64,000 nucleotides of DNA from an uncultured Ignavibacteria bacterium (GCA_964461835.1 CAYWVO010000012.1:2478-66477), one strand, 5' to 3'. Shown: positions 30,242 through 40,674, counted from the first letter of the stretch. Numbers and translations: made by a program. The notes: a model not told the origin generated them from the letters alone.

Positions 30242-32920
30242 TTATGCAAACAGCGGATTTTCTCTCTCCGGATCGATGTCCAAATCCTTTATCGCCTTTT
30301 TCACCACCGAGGTCTTGATACTTCCCTCGCGTGCCAAACTGGAAAGCGCCGTCACCGTGATATGGCGTGCATCGACTTCAAAAAAGTCCCGCAGCTCAGC
30401 GCGTGCTTCACTGCGACCAAAACCGTCCGTACCGAGCACCTGAAAAGGTAACGACACCCACTTTCCAAGGATTGCGGGAACGGCTTTCAGGTAATCACTA
30501 GCCGCAACCACGACTCCCTTCTCACCGTCCAGACAGTGCGCCAGATATGACTGCCGAGGCTTTCTGCCGGGATGCAGCAAATTCCAGCGTTCGGTGTCCA
30601 GCGCGTCGTAGTATAGTTGCTTGTAGCTGGTTGCACTCCAGACATCCGCCGCTACGCCATAATCGTTGTGCAGTATTTCCCGCGCCGCGAGTGCCTCATT
30701 CAAAATAGAACCACTTCCGAACAGGTGTGCCTTGGCCGTAGCCCGTTTCTTCCCCGATGCCTTATACTTGTACAAGCCTTTGAGGATACCTTTCTCCACC
30801 CCCTTGGGCATCGGCGGCATTTTGTAAAATTCGTTCATCAGCGTCAGGTAGTAAATCAAATTTTCCTGCTTCTCAAACATCCGGTGGATACCGTCCTTGA
30901 TAATCACGGCAATTTCATAGGCGAACGCCAGATCGTACGCCCGGACCGATGGCGGCGAGAAGGCAAACAGGTGGCTCTGGCCGTCCTGATGCTGCAAGCC
31001 TTCACCGGCCAGCGTCGTTCTCCCGGCTGTCCCGCCCAGCAAAAACCCGCGAGCTTGGTTATCGGCGGCCGCCCAGATCAAATCGCCGACACGCTGAAAG
31101 CCGAACATTGAATAAAATATGAAGAACGGTATCATGCTGATGCCGTGCGTGGCATACGCAGTCCCTGCCGCAATAAAAGAGGAGATCGAACCGGCTTCCG
31201 TGATTCCTTCTTCCAGAATCTGGCCGTCCTTAGCCTCATTATAGTACAGCAGGCTTTCCTTATCGACCGGCTCATAAATCTGTCCGAGGTGCGAGTAAAT
31301 CCCCACCTTACGGAAAAGAGTCTCCATCCCGAAGGTGCGCGCCTCATCGGGCACGATTGGCACGATATACTTGCCCAGTTTTTTATCATTCAATAGCTTG
31401 GAGAGCAGATAGACAAAGACCATTGTCGTGGCCAACTCTCGGTCTTTGCTGCCCTCATAAAATTCACTGAAAATATGGTCCGCAGGCATGTCGATCGGCA
31501 AGACCGTCACACTCCGCTTGGGAACATATCCCCCCAGTTCCGCGCGGCGTTCCTGCAGGTAGCGGCCCTCTTCGCTGTCTTCGGCCGGTCGGTAGAACGG
31601 TGTTTCGGCGATATCTTTGTCGGAAATCGGAATGCCAAATCGGCTGCGGAACTCCCGCAACTCCTGCTCATTGAGTTTTTTCTGCTGATGGGTCACATTA
31701 CGGCCTTCGCCGGCTTCGCCCAGACCATATCCTTTGATCGTTTTGCCCAGAATCACTGTCGGTGAACCCTCGTGTTCCACCGCTGCCTTATAAGCAGCAT
31801 AAACCTTGGCGGGATCATGGCCACCGCGTCGGAGCTTTTGCAGTTGGTCATCAGTGTACGTCTTTACCAAATCCAGTAAACGATCATCGACGCCGAAAAA
31901 GTCCTTCCGGATATAATCACCGCTGGCAACGGTGTATTTTTGATACTGCCCGTCCGGCACCTCCTCCATGCGCTTCACTAAGAGACCATGCCTATCCGCA
32001 GCCAAAAGCGGATCCCAGTCCGAACCCCAGATAACTTTGATCACGTTCCAACCGGCGCCGCGAAATGCTGCTTCCAGTTCCTGGATAATCTTCCCGTTAC
32101 CGCGCACCGGACCATCGAGCCGCTGAAGATTGCAGTTAATGACGAAAATGAGATTGTCCAGCTTCTCGCGTGGGGGTAGCGTGATCGCTCCGAGCGCCTC
32201 TGGTTCATCCAATTCGCCATCACCAAGAAAGGCCCAGATTTTCTGGTCGGACCGTTTTTTAATGCCTCGGTCTTCCAAGTAGCGGTTAAAGCGAGCCTGG
32301 TAGATCGCCATGATCGGTGATAAGCCCATCGACACGGTCGGAAATTCCCAAAAATCCGGCATTAGTCGCGGGTGGGGATACGATGATACTCCCGAGCCGG
32401 GCTGCAACTCGCGCCGGAAATTTTCCAGATGCTCCTCAGACAAGCGGCCCTCCAGAAACGCCCGCGCATACACCCCTGGTGACGCGTGCCCCTGGAAATA
32501 AATGATATCTCCCTCATGTTTATCACTTTTGGCTCGGAAAAAATGATTGAAACCTACCTCGAACAGCGTGGCCACCGAGGCATACGTGGAGATATGCCCA
32601 CCGATCCCGCTCGATTTACGGTTGGCCCGCACCACCATCGCCATCGCGTTCCACCGAACGATACTTTTGATACGCCGTTCGATTTCACGGCTGCCGGGAA
32701 AGACCGGTTGTTCTTCTACCGGGATCGTATTGATATACGGTGTATTGGCGGTGAAATGGACGTGAATCCCGTGCTGTTGGGTACGATGTTGTAACCGTCG
32801 CAAGATTTCCCGGACGCGGTCCGGCCCCTGGTTGCGAAAGACATAGTCAAGCGATTCCAACCATTCCTGATTCTCATACTGGATTTCCGTCTGCGTCAGT
32901 TTTGTATTGTCTGCAGCCAT
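30242..32920 (-). CDS. aceE: pyruvate dehydrogenase E1 component, homodimeric (AceE) type
   Basis: ~890 aa after start correction to MAADNTKL, which has an AGGAG RBS. A thiamine-diphosphate/transketolase-like core is present. Confidence 0.85.
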   Translation of the reverse strand: MAADNTKLTQTEIQYENQEWLESLDYVFRNQGPDRVREILRRLQHRTQQHGIHVHFTANTPYINTIPVEEQPVFPGSREIERRIKSIVRWNAMAMVVRANRKSSGIGGHISTYASVATLFEVGFNHFFRAKSDKHEGDIIYFQGHASPGVYARAFLEGRLSEEHLENFRRELQPGSGVSSYPHPRLMPDFWEFPTVSMGLSPIMAIYQARFNRYLEDRGIKKRSDQKIWAFLGDGELDEPEALGAITLPPREKLDNLIFVINCNLQRLDGPVRGNGKIIQELEAAFRGAGWNVIKVIWGSDWDPLLAADRHGLLVKRMEEVPDGQYQKYTVASGDYIRKDFFGVDDRLLDLVKTYTDDQLQKLRRGGHDPAKVYAAYKAAVEHEGSPTVILGKTIKGYGLGEAGEGRNVTHQQKKLNEQELREFRSRFGIPISDKDIAETPFYRPAEDSEEGRYLQERRAELGGYVPKRSVTVLPIDMPADHIFSEFYEGSKDRELATTMVFVYLLSKLLNDKKLGKYIVPIVPDEARTFGMETLFRKVGIYSHLGQIYEPVDKESLLYYNEAKDGQILEEGITEAGSISSFIAAGTAYATHGISMIPFFIFYSMFGFQRVGDLIWAAADNQARGFLLGGTAGRTTLAGEGLQHQDGQSHLFAFSPPSVRAYDLAFAYEIAVIIKDGIHRMFEKQENLIYYLTLMNEFYKMPPMPKGVEKGILKGLYKYKASGKKRATAKAHLFGSGSILNEALAAREILHNDYGVAADVWSATSYKQLYYDALDTERWNLLHPGRKPRQSYLAHCLDGEKGVVVAASDYLKAVPAILGKWVSLPFQVLGTDGFGRSEARAELRDFFEVDARHITVTALSSLAREGSIKTSVVKKAIKDLDIDPERENPLFA

Positions 32921-33187
32921 CAGGATGACTCCTTCCTTGCTGCGATGTGATCTATCGGTCCGCAGAACATTAAATCGACCTCTTCTCAGTTCCCACAATC
33001 ACTGAAAATAGTTTACCTATATACGGCGCGTCGCACGAGTTTACTGTGCTAATGACGAAGGAAAATGGGTGACTGTCACGCGCACCATTCCCGGCACAAA
33101 AGCCGCCAGCTTGGACATCTTTGCCTGGTTACCTACTCATCCTCGACCCTGCTGACCAAACTTTAAATGAAGCTATGGCATTAGACA

Positions 33188-34267
33188 GTGTCCTTAGCTA
33201 CATTGTGCCGAAATCGCAGGGAAAGACGCGATCGGTCGGTGCGAGCTGTGGTGGTATCCCGAGATAGTCAATTGGCATTGGCCAAAGTATTCGGCCTGCT
33301 GTGGTGCTTTTACACCTTTCTGGTCTCTGTCGGTCTGATTGGAAAATCTTTTAAGTATCTGGGGCATGGCGTTGCGGGACTGATCCTGACCGAGACCGCT
33401 GACCCCCTCATCGGGCTGTTTTCCGGCGTGCTGGCGACCAGCCTCGTGCAATCCTCCTCAACCGTGACCTCCCTCGTCGTCGGACTGGTTGGTGGCGGCG
33501 TCCTGCCCTTCAGCAGCGCGATCCCCATCGTCATGGGGGCAAATATCGGCACGTCGGTTACCAACACAATTGTCTCGTTAGGGCATATCACTCGCAGGGT
33601 TGAATTCCAGCGGGCATTCTCCGCTGCCGTCGTTCATGATTTCTTTAACATTATGGCGGTTATGGTATTCTTTCCTTTGCAGTATTTTACCAATTTTCTC
33701 GCGCAGGCGTCCGGCATTTTGACGTCGGCATTTGCGGATATCGGGGGCCTGACCTTCGTCAGCCCTGTCAAGACACTCACCGCCTGGGCCGTGGATGGCA
33801 TTATTTGGATGCTCGGTGATTTTCGGCAACTGGCCATGTTTCTGGGCTTTGCTATGTTGTTACTTTCGCTCCGCTACATTGTAAAACTATTGAAGTCGCT
33901 GGTACTGGCACGGGTGGAGCGGTTCTTTGGTCGTTATATTTTCAAGACTGCTCCCCGCAGTTTTGCCCTGGGGTTGCTGGTAACCATCTTTGTGCAGTCG
34001 TCGTCCGTTTCAACCTCCTTGGCTGTTCCCCTGGCCGGTTCGGGAGTGCTGAATTTGCGTCAGATATTTCCGTATACCATGGGATCAAATATCGGTACAA
34101 CCGTCACCGCGATTCTGGCCTCGCTGGCTACCGGCTCGCCGGCGGCCGTCGGGGTAGCCATTGCGCACACATTTCAGACAATGACCCGCTGCGCATGGAG
34201 AATCACGCCTCCCGACCGAAATCAAAACCGCCCTGGCCGGCAAGGCGGGGTCGGCAACCCGCTTTAG
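33188..34267 (+). CDS. Na+/phosphate cotransporter-family membrane protein (NptA-like); both QSSS repeat units present, C-terminal tail aberrant
   Basis: LVQSSSTVTSLVVGLVGGG... and FVQSSSVSTSLAVPLAGSGV... are the duplicated Na/Pi motif. After ...GVAIAH the sequence (TFQTMTRCAWRITPPDRNQ...) no longer resembles the family in any frame. Confidence 0.6.
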   Translation: MSLATLCRNRRERRDRSVRAVVVSRDSQLALAKVFGLLWCFYTFLVSVGLIGKSFKYLGHGVAGLILTETADPLIGLFSGVLATSLVQSSSTVTSLVVGLVGGGVLPFSSAIPIVMGANIGTSVTNTIVSLGHITRRVEFQRAFSAAVVHDFFNIMAVMVFFPLQYFTNFLAQASGILTSAFADIGGLTFVSPVKTLTAWAVDGIIWMLGDFRQLAMFLGFAMLLLSLRYIVKLLKSLVLARVERFFGRYIFKTAPRSFALGLLVTIFVQSSSVSTSLAVPLAGSGVLNLRQIFPYTMGSNIGTTVTAILASLATGSPAAVGVAIAHTFQTMTRCAWRITPPDRNQNRPGRQGGVGNPL

Positions 34268-34976
34268 CGAAACGGTAAAAACGACGCAGATCTACGTGGC
34301 AATCCCGGTCCGTCGGCAGGGGGAAATTGCGGGCGTTGTACGCAGCTCGGTATCGGTCGCCCTCATTGATCGGGCGCTCGCCGAAATCAAGCAAGACGTG
34401 GTGCTTGTCAGCTTAATTGTTGCTGTACTGTTCGCCCTGATTGGGTACTATATTGCCCGGAAAGTATACCGGCCCTTGAAACAACTCGCCGCCGGTGCTC
34501 GTCGATTTGCCGTCGGCAAGTTTGACACTCCCATTTACTTATCCGCCTCCAGTGAGATGGTTGAACTGGCGGATGCGCTCAATCGGATGGCGGTTGATTT
34601 GAATGAACGTATGCAAACATGCACCCGGCATCTCAACGAACTTGAGGCGATTGTCTCTGCCATGACGGAAGGTGTTGTAACCGTTGATGTGGAGGGCAAT
34701 ATCCTGAAATTGAATGACGTTGCCCGCGAGCAGTTAGGCATCAAAGAAAACAACGTTTCCGGCAGACCGCTGATCGCAGTCGTACGCAGCACAGAACTGG
34801 CGGCGATGATCAGTCAAACCCGGAAGACCGGCAAGACAGTTGACCGGGACGTACTGTTTTCCCAGCTAGGTGATCACTCCCTGCGTTGTATCACCACCCC
34901 CCTGTGCGACCATGAGGACAAGACAATCGGCGTGCTCATTCTCCTACGTGGTACCAACATGCCACTGGTCGACTGA
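34185..34976 (+). pseudogene. sensor-kinase fragment: sensor-domain tail, TM helix, HAMP and PAS, lacking the HisKA/HATPase core
   Basis: Frame 0 is open from 34185: ...TTQIYVAIPVRRQGEIAGVVRSSVSVALIDRALAEIKQDVVLVSLIVAVLFALIGYYIARKVYRPLKQLAAGARRFAVGKFD (TM plus HAMP), then a PAS-like segment. A stop at 34976 is followed directly by a convergent gene. Confidence 0.5.
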
Positions 34977-35035
34977 TCAAGTGCGGAAAACCGCTCTACT
35001 GTGATCGTCAAAAGACTGACGGGCAATTTCCAATG

Positions 35036-36826
35036 TTACGGCACGCACGGATCGCATAACGCATCTTGACTCTGGTACACGAGCGCGACCAGAAATTGCA
35101 CGTCGAGCGGATCAACGCCGCTATCGCAATTTGCATCCCCTACCTCGTAGGCGCAGGATGGGTGCAGACACCGAGCGTCCAGTCCCTGGTAAACATAGGC
35201 GACCAGGAACTGCACATCTAAAGGATCAATGCCGAGGTCACAGTTGATATCCCCCCACAATCCGCAGGGGCAATCATCGCAAGCATCACCGAGACCGTCA
35301 CTATCTTCATCCGCCTGGTCCGCATTGGCAATTCCCGGACAATTGTCGCAGGCATCGCCAACCAGATCGCCATCAGAATCGGTCTGGTCGGGATTGGCAG
35401 TAAATACACAATTGTCGTCGACGTCCGGAATTGAATCGTCATCATCATCGGCATCACAAACATCACCCGCACCATCTCCATCATTGTCCGCTTGCTGGAC
35501 GTTATAATCAGCCGGGCAATTGTCGCAGGCGGAACCGATGCCATCAGCATCCGGGTCGTCCTGGCCAGGATTGTACGCGGTGGAACAATTATCAACATCC
35601 CCGCAAACGCCGTCGCCATCAATATCATTGTAGGAATCATTGGGACAGATATCGCATACATCGCCAATCCCATCCCCGTCCTGATCAGTCTGAGTAGCAT
35701 TAGGATCATTCGGACAGTTGTCGCACGCATCACCGATTCCATCCGTATCGGCATCTTCCTGACCGCTGTTGACTACCACTGGGCAGTTGTCACAGCCATC
35801 GGGGACGTTGTCGGCGTCCCCGTCAATCAGGTCATCATGGCCGGGACACACGTCGCAGAGATCGCCCACCGTGTCGTTATCCGTGTCGAGTTGGTCGGGA
35901 TTGGACGTTGCGGGGCAATTGTCGCAGACCTCCCCCACACTGTCCTGGTCGGTATCGGTCTGCCCGGGATTCGCCGCGGCCAGGCAGTTATCGCAGGCAT
36001 CTCCAATCCCATCACTGTCGGTATCGAGCTGGTCTGCATTGGGGATGGCCGGGCAGTTATCCTCGGTGTCGAGTACCCCGTCACTGTCCTGATCGACACA
36101 AATATTCGGCGGCGTCACGCCATCGACCCAGATAAACGGAAATCCCGGGTCCGGGTCAGTCCACTGATCATCCCATTCAACCCACGTCTCAATTGACGGA
36201 CGATACACGTAGGCCTCACAAACCGGAACCTCCGGCACAACATAATCCATCAACACGCTGGGATAGGGGACAGCGGTTTGGCCGGTATATTCAATAACCA
36301 CAAAAAATGGTCCTTCCCGACAACAGGGCTGTGGCAGATCAAACGCATGGATATTGGGCCAGTCATCCGCAATGTCATCGCGCACCACACCGCACAATTC
36401 ACTCCCGGGAGATGGGCAGCCGGGGGTGTCATATTCCACCGAATAGATGCCGGCTCGTAAACTCACCGGCCAATTGGCAACAAATGTCGGTGGCGAATCG
36501 GCCAAGGCGACATAGATTGTCTCGATCGCCAATGGGTACGGTGCTGAGGAACAACCGTACGTGGCGTCCTCGGGATCGTAGTAAACGGCAATGCGGCTTC
36601 CCGCATCGTAAGTCGGATTGAGAAACGTCGGCTGGTTCCCATCGCGACGCATGTTACAAGCGTCTGTAACATCACGGGCTAGCTCCGGATGCTGTTCCCC
36701 CTCTCCCGATTGCAGGGTGATTGGTGATAGAGGTGTAACGGGTTGATTTGCCTGGGCGCTCGCGACAATGCCACCAAAAGCGAGACAACAACAAATGACC
36801 GAGATAATGCGACGTGCAGCCTTCAT
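35036..36826 (-). CDS. secreted thrombospondin type-3 (Ca-binding) repeat protein with C-terminal tandem dockerin-like module
   Basis: Start set at MKAARRIISVICCCLAFGGIVASA, with a strong GGGGAGGGGAGA RBS. About 15 DxDxDGxGDxCDNCP-type repeats are present. The C-terminus is GDINCDLGIDPLDVQFLVAYVY ... GDANCDSGVDPLDVQFLVALVY. Confidence 0.7.
   Translation of the reverse strand: MKAARRIISVICCCLAFGGIVASAQANQPVTPLSPITLQSGEGEQHPELARDVTDACNMRRDGNQPTFLNPTYDAGSRIAVYYDPEDATYGCSSAPYPLAIETIYVALADSPPTFVANWPVSLRAGIYSVEYDTPGCPSPGSELCGVVRDDIADDWPNIHAFDLPQPCCREGPFFVVIEYTGQTAVPYPSVLMDYVVPEVPVCEAYVYRPSIETWVEWDDQWTDPDPGFPFIWVDGVTPPNICVDQDSDGVLDTEDNCPAIPNADQLDTDSDGIGDACDNCLAAANPGQTDTDQDSVGEVCDNCPATSNPDQLDTDNDTVGDLCDVCPGHDDLIDGDADNVPDGCDNCPVVVNSGQEDADTDGIGDACDNCPNDPNATQTDQDGDGIGDVCDICPNDSYNDIDGDGVCGDVDNCSTAYNPGQDDPDADGIGSACDNCPADYNVQQADNDGDGAGDVCDADDDDDSIPDVDDNCVFTANPDQTDSDGDLVGDACDNCPGIANADQADEDSDGLGDACDDCPCGLWGDINCDLGIDPLDVQFLVAYVYQGLDARCLHPSCAYEVGDANCDSGVDPLDVQFLVALVYQSQDALCDPCVP
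35230..36110 (-). repeat. internally repetitive coding DNA for TSP3 repeats (GAT/GAC-rich)
   Basis: Periodic ...gacnnngacggc...tgcgacaactgccc... units visible in the sequence. Coding, not a CRISPR array. Confidence 0.6.
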
Positions 36827-36953
36827 TCTCCCCTCCCCACGTCGGAAGATACCGGCGGTAGTCTGTGAAACGTTATGGATGAAAGATAGAAAGATGTGGC
36901 CGCAAAGCAAGTAACTTTGCGGTGCGTACGAAAGAACAGATTTTAGTGTCGCG

Positions 36954-38036
36954 TTATTCCTCTCCCAGATACCGCTCCAGGACATCGCCCCATCCGCGTT
37001 GCTGGATTTCTTCCAGCAACGCCTGGTTAATAGGCTCACGCAGTTGGCTGTCTTGCGGCAGCGCGATCGCATAGTCCTGGCGAAAAAAGGTCACCGGCAA
37101 CACCCGCACCCGGCCGGCGAGTTCAGTTTTACTCAGGTAGCGAAGAATCGGCGCGTCATACACAAACGCTTCGATATCTCCCCGCGCGAGCGCCTGCAAT
37201 CCTTGCAACGGGGTTTGATACTCAGAAAACGAGATTGACCGTTCGGCCAAATAGGCTGCACTGGTCGAGTTCGGAATCGAGCCAACTTCGACGAAGGGCA
37301 AATCGCCGGGTCCCTTCACCGCCGATTCCAGCTGCGAAACGGTCAACGATGAAGCGATGGTGGCCGTGAATCCGGACACGACAATAATCGCGGCGAACAT
37401 CCAGATCAGCCCGAGCAATCTGCCAAGTAACGTGCGTGGTGCTTTGTCACCATAGCCAACTGTTGTCATCGTGACCGCCGACCACCATACACCGGAACCG
37501 ATCCCCTCAAGAAATGTACCGCCGAACTGCTCCGGGTTCTTTCGGCGCTCCACGAACCAGACAATGACCCCGATCAACACCAATAACACCAGTAACGCAC
37601 CAACAGCGGTAAGGAATTCCAGCGAGACAAAGCGCGACACGGTCGTCAACAAGCCGCTTTTTCCTGAAGACGAGACTGCAATGGTCAAACCGGTAGAATA
37701 GAACGGATGGCTGAAGTCAACCGTCGTCTCTCGCTTCGCGGTAACGGTCAACGCCGCGGCGACCGCGTCGAGTGTCGTATCGCGCAACCCCTCCAGCAGG
37801 CCTTCAAGGTCACGCTCAACGAGTCGAAAACGCAGTCCGAGCTTGTCCGCAATGTCCTGCCACAGCTCAATACTGATTCCCTGCCAGGTTCCATCAGTGT
37901 TCTCGATGACAAACGGCACTGTCTCTTTAGTGCCAACAACCAATTCACGGTCGGGAACAGGCCGGCCGCATGCGCCAACTGCTCCCAAAATCAACACCAA
38001 AACACATCCGGATATAATTAACGCGCGCATGATCAA
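36954..38036 (-). CDS. GluR0-like ligand-gated potassium channel: periplasmic solute-binding (SBP_bac_3-like) lobes interrupted by a pore with TVGYGD filter
   Basis: Signal/lipobox MIMRALIISGCVLVLILGAVGAC. Lobe 1: ELVVGTKETVPFVIENTDGTWQGISIELWQDIA. Pore: WWSAVTMTTVGYGDKAP. Lobe 2: ...FVYDAPILRYL. Confidence 0.7.
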   Translation of the reverse strand: MIMRALIISGCVLVLILGAVGACGRPVPDRELVVGTKETVPFVIENTDGTWQGISIELWQDIADKLGLRFRLVERDLEGLLEGLRDTTLDAVAAALTVTAKRETTVDFSHPFYSTGLTIAVSSSGKSGLLTTVSRFVSLEFLTAVGALLVLLVLIGVIVWFVERRKNPEQFGGTFLEGIGSGVWWSAVTMTTVGYGDKAPRTLLGRLLGLIWMFAAIIVVSGFTATIASSLTVSQLESAVKGPGDLPFVEVGSIPNSTSAAYLAERSISFSEYQTPLQGLQALARGDIEAFVYDAPILRYLSKTELAGRVRVLPVTFFRQDYAIALPQDSQLREPINQALLEEIQQRGWGDVLERYLGEE

Positions 38037-38235
38037 TTACCTCTGCTCTGTACAATCAAAAATCCAACATAATGAACACCAGTCGACCGCCAGACCTGAA
38101 TCTATGGCGTAACCTAGAAGTATATCAACAATAATCTGCAGCCGAGGAAATCAGCAGGTTAGATCATCCAGCAAGGGGATGGTCTCTTGCGAACAATCCA
38201 GAAACCTATTACCTTAGCAATGTTTGTAAGTCAAT

Positions 38236-40674
38236 TTGGGAGACGGCGTCCGGGTAGTTTCTGATATCTGCGCCACGAAAGCAACCGTGCGGCGGGACAC
38301 CGATACCGTAATAAATGTCTCGATGAAAGAACCGACCACTTATCAGAGAACTCCGGCATATTTACCTGGGAGAGTGGCCGCAGCTCTCCTGGCAATTTTT
38401 CTGCTCTCGAATGCAAACACCTTCGCTAAATGGCTGGATTTCGAATTTACGAAATCGGAAGCTGGCGAGTTTTTGCTCGTCGATGATTTCCAGCGGGATG
38501 GCAACTATTATAAGATCACGGGAGATACTTCCGGAAAGCATTTTGTTTATTACCGCAATGTGCGAATCGGCGAGGGGTACCTTTGGCAGAAAAACTTATC
38601 GAGGCGGCACTATCGGATCTTCATGGTTGACAGAGGTCAATTCTGGCCGATGCAAATTCTGGTTGTGACAAGAGAGGACACCTGCCTTCATGCTTACCTC
38701 CTGCCGTGTTCAGAGGAAGAGGGGGAAGAATTTTCCCTCGCGCCAGTGTGCGGCCCGGATGTCTCCGCTAACGGCGACCACAAATGGGACTGTTATGTAG
38801 GAGCGGCCGCAAGTGTGGAACTCAATGACGATACGATCCCGGACTTCGTGGTTACGATCGGGTGCGGGTACGATAAGACTGAGCGCGGTCTCGTGGCGTT
38901 CGATGGACAAGATGGGGCAATTCTCTGGCATCAATTGACAGCGGCCACGCCACAAGATGATATCATCGTTGAGGATATTGATTTTGACGGCGAACGGGAA
39001 ATTATCTTCGAATCCTGGGGGCCGGATAATGGCCACGTGATTGACAGTACCAGCGATCACTACGCCTATATCTACATCCTCAATCGGCGTGGCGAGTTTG
39101 AACGGATCATCAATACCGGCGTCCGCCACACTGACTGCACCGTCGTTTACGATCGCCTACGAAAAAAATGGGCAATTTACTTTGCGATGGCTGACACGGA
39201 CACGAGTGAAGTGGCGGACCGTCTCGCGCGGTACGATCCCCTTTCCGGAAAGATCGATAAGCACGTTGGTAATCCGGAGTGGGATATTCGTCGCATTTAT
39301 TCAGTGATCCCCCGGGAGTCAGCATCTGCGCAACTCTTCGTGTCCACCTCGGGATTTTCCGCCGCGTCCTTTGATTTAGACCTTAACGAACTTCACGCCA
39401 AAGAATTCAATAAGAAAAGTTCAATCCGGCTCGTGAGAGATATCGACCGAGACGGGGTGGTGGAAGCCGTGTTCAATACTCGCGATTCCGTCTGGGTAAC
39501 CGATGCGTCCCTGCAGGTCGTAGGAAGCATCCGTAGTCGGCACTACTTTATCAATAATATTCAATACTATGAGGACACGGATCACGAGCCGCACGTGTGG
39601 GTGTCGGAGGACGACCGAGACGGCCGATCCATCCATTTGTCCTACCGTGTCACCCGGTACAAAAGTCCACCACCGCCACCCCACGAGGGTTTCTCGCTGG
39701 TTACCCTGTTGTTGATTGGTTCAACAGGGTTGGTCATCGGCGCCGGCATTGTGTTTGTCATTGTCCGTTTCGCCCGACCGGTTGCTGTTTCGACCAAAAC
39801 CAATGCGCACCATGCTGCCGCGGCAAATGAACTATTGGATTCACTGGCCGTTTTCGCGCATGGCCAGATGGTCCGCTCAGAATTGAATACCTTCGCCCGG
39901 CTGGGCAAGAATTTCAAATACGAGGGAGCAACCTCCTCCACTGCCAAAGAGCACTTGCGGAATTCCGCCCGAGAATACCTGGTGACCGTGGATCCACACC
40001 TGCGCCGCCTGATCTCGACCGAATCGCTCGACCAGCTTTCGAAGGAACGTCGCAAAACGGTTAACGAGATTACCGACCACTTGCGGTCGCACGCCCGCGC
40101 GATTGTCGCCAATCCGACGAATTCAGAGGAATGGGCGTCGATTGGGGAAGCCGTGGCGGCGGACATCACAAAACTGAAACAATGGATCCGGGACACCCGC
40201 AAGTCGCTGGAGGAGTTCTTCCGTGCCGACCCGATTGATGCACTTAAAGCGGCCGAAACTGTCACCCGGCGTTCACTCGCTGCGGAGAAATTACAAATTG
40301 CGATCGATGAGACCGTCGCCGGACTGAATCTCCCAGTATTCTTTGATCCAACCAAGTTGACCGCCGTTTTTGAGGAAATGATCGCTAATGCCATTACCGT
40401 ACTCGACGGTCGTGCCGACGCCGAAATCACCGTAACCGTCAGCCAGCTCGCCGATACGGTCATAGTACTCGTCGTCGATAACGGTCCCGGTATCCCTCTT
40501 CAGGATCAACCACGCATTTTCGATCGCGGTTACTCTCGGAAAGAGGCTGGAGGATTCGGTTTGTATTTCGTCAAAACGACCCTGGAGCGATACGGCGGTG
40601 CAATCATGCTGGTGCAGAGCGACCCAAGCGGTACCTCATTCAAACTCACATTCAGGATGATCCACAGTGGTTAA
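38236..40674 (+). CDS. sensor histidine kinase with large extracytoplasmic (FG-GAP/beta-propeller-like) domain
   Basis: N-terminal TM, ~430-aa ectodomain (IDFDGEREIIFESWGPDNG, DIDRDGVVEAVFNT), second TM FSLVTLLLIGSTGLVIGAGIVFVIV, cytoplasmic helical region. HATPase_c: VVDNGPGIPLQDQPRIFDRGYSR...GGFGLYFVKTTLERYGGAIM. Confidence 0.7.
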   Translation: MGDGVRVVSDICATKATVRRDTDTVINVSMKEPTTYQRTPAYLPGRVAAALLAIFLLSNANTFAKWLDFEFTKSEAGEFLLVDDFQRDGNYYKITGDTSGKHFVYYRNVRIGEGYLWQKNLSRRHYRIFMVDRGQFWPMQILVVTREDTCLHAYLLPCSEEEGEEFSLAPVCGPDVSANGDHKWDCYVGAAASVELNDDTIPDFVVTIGCGYDKTERGLVAFDGQDGAILWHQLTAATPQDDIIVEDIDFDGEREIIFESWGPDNGHVIDSTSDHYAYIYILNRRGEFERIINTGVRHTDCTVVYDRLRKKWAIYFAMADTDTSEVADRLARYDPLSGKIDKHVGNPEWDIRRIYSVIPRESASAQLFVSTSGFSAASFDLDLNELHAKEFNKKSSIRLVRDIDRDGVVEAVFNTRDSVWVTDASLQVVGSIRSRHYFINNIQYYEDTDHEPHVWVSEDDRDGRSIHLSYRVTRYKSPPPPPHEGFSLVTLLLIGSTGLVIGAGIVFVIVRFARPVAVSTKTNAHHAAAANELLDSLAVFAHGQMVRSELNTFARLGKNFKYEGATSSTAKEHLRNSAREYLVTVDPHLRRLISTESLDQLSKERRKTVNEITDHLRSHARAIVANPTNSEEWASIGEAVAADITKLKQWIRDTRKSLEEFFRADPIDALKAAETVTRRSLAAEKLQIAIDETVAGLNLPVFFDPTKLTAVFEEMIANAITVLDGRADAEITVTVSQLADTVIVLVVDNGPGIPLQDQPRIFDRGYSRKEAGGFGLYFVKTTLERYGGAIMLVQSDPSGTSFKLTFRMIHSG

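Noticed and set aside
35200-36150. Periodic GAC/GAT-rich repeats
   Set aside because: They encode thrombospondin type-3 Ca-binding repeats in a single long ORF. This is not a CRISPR array or non-coding satellite.
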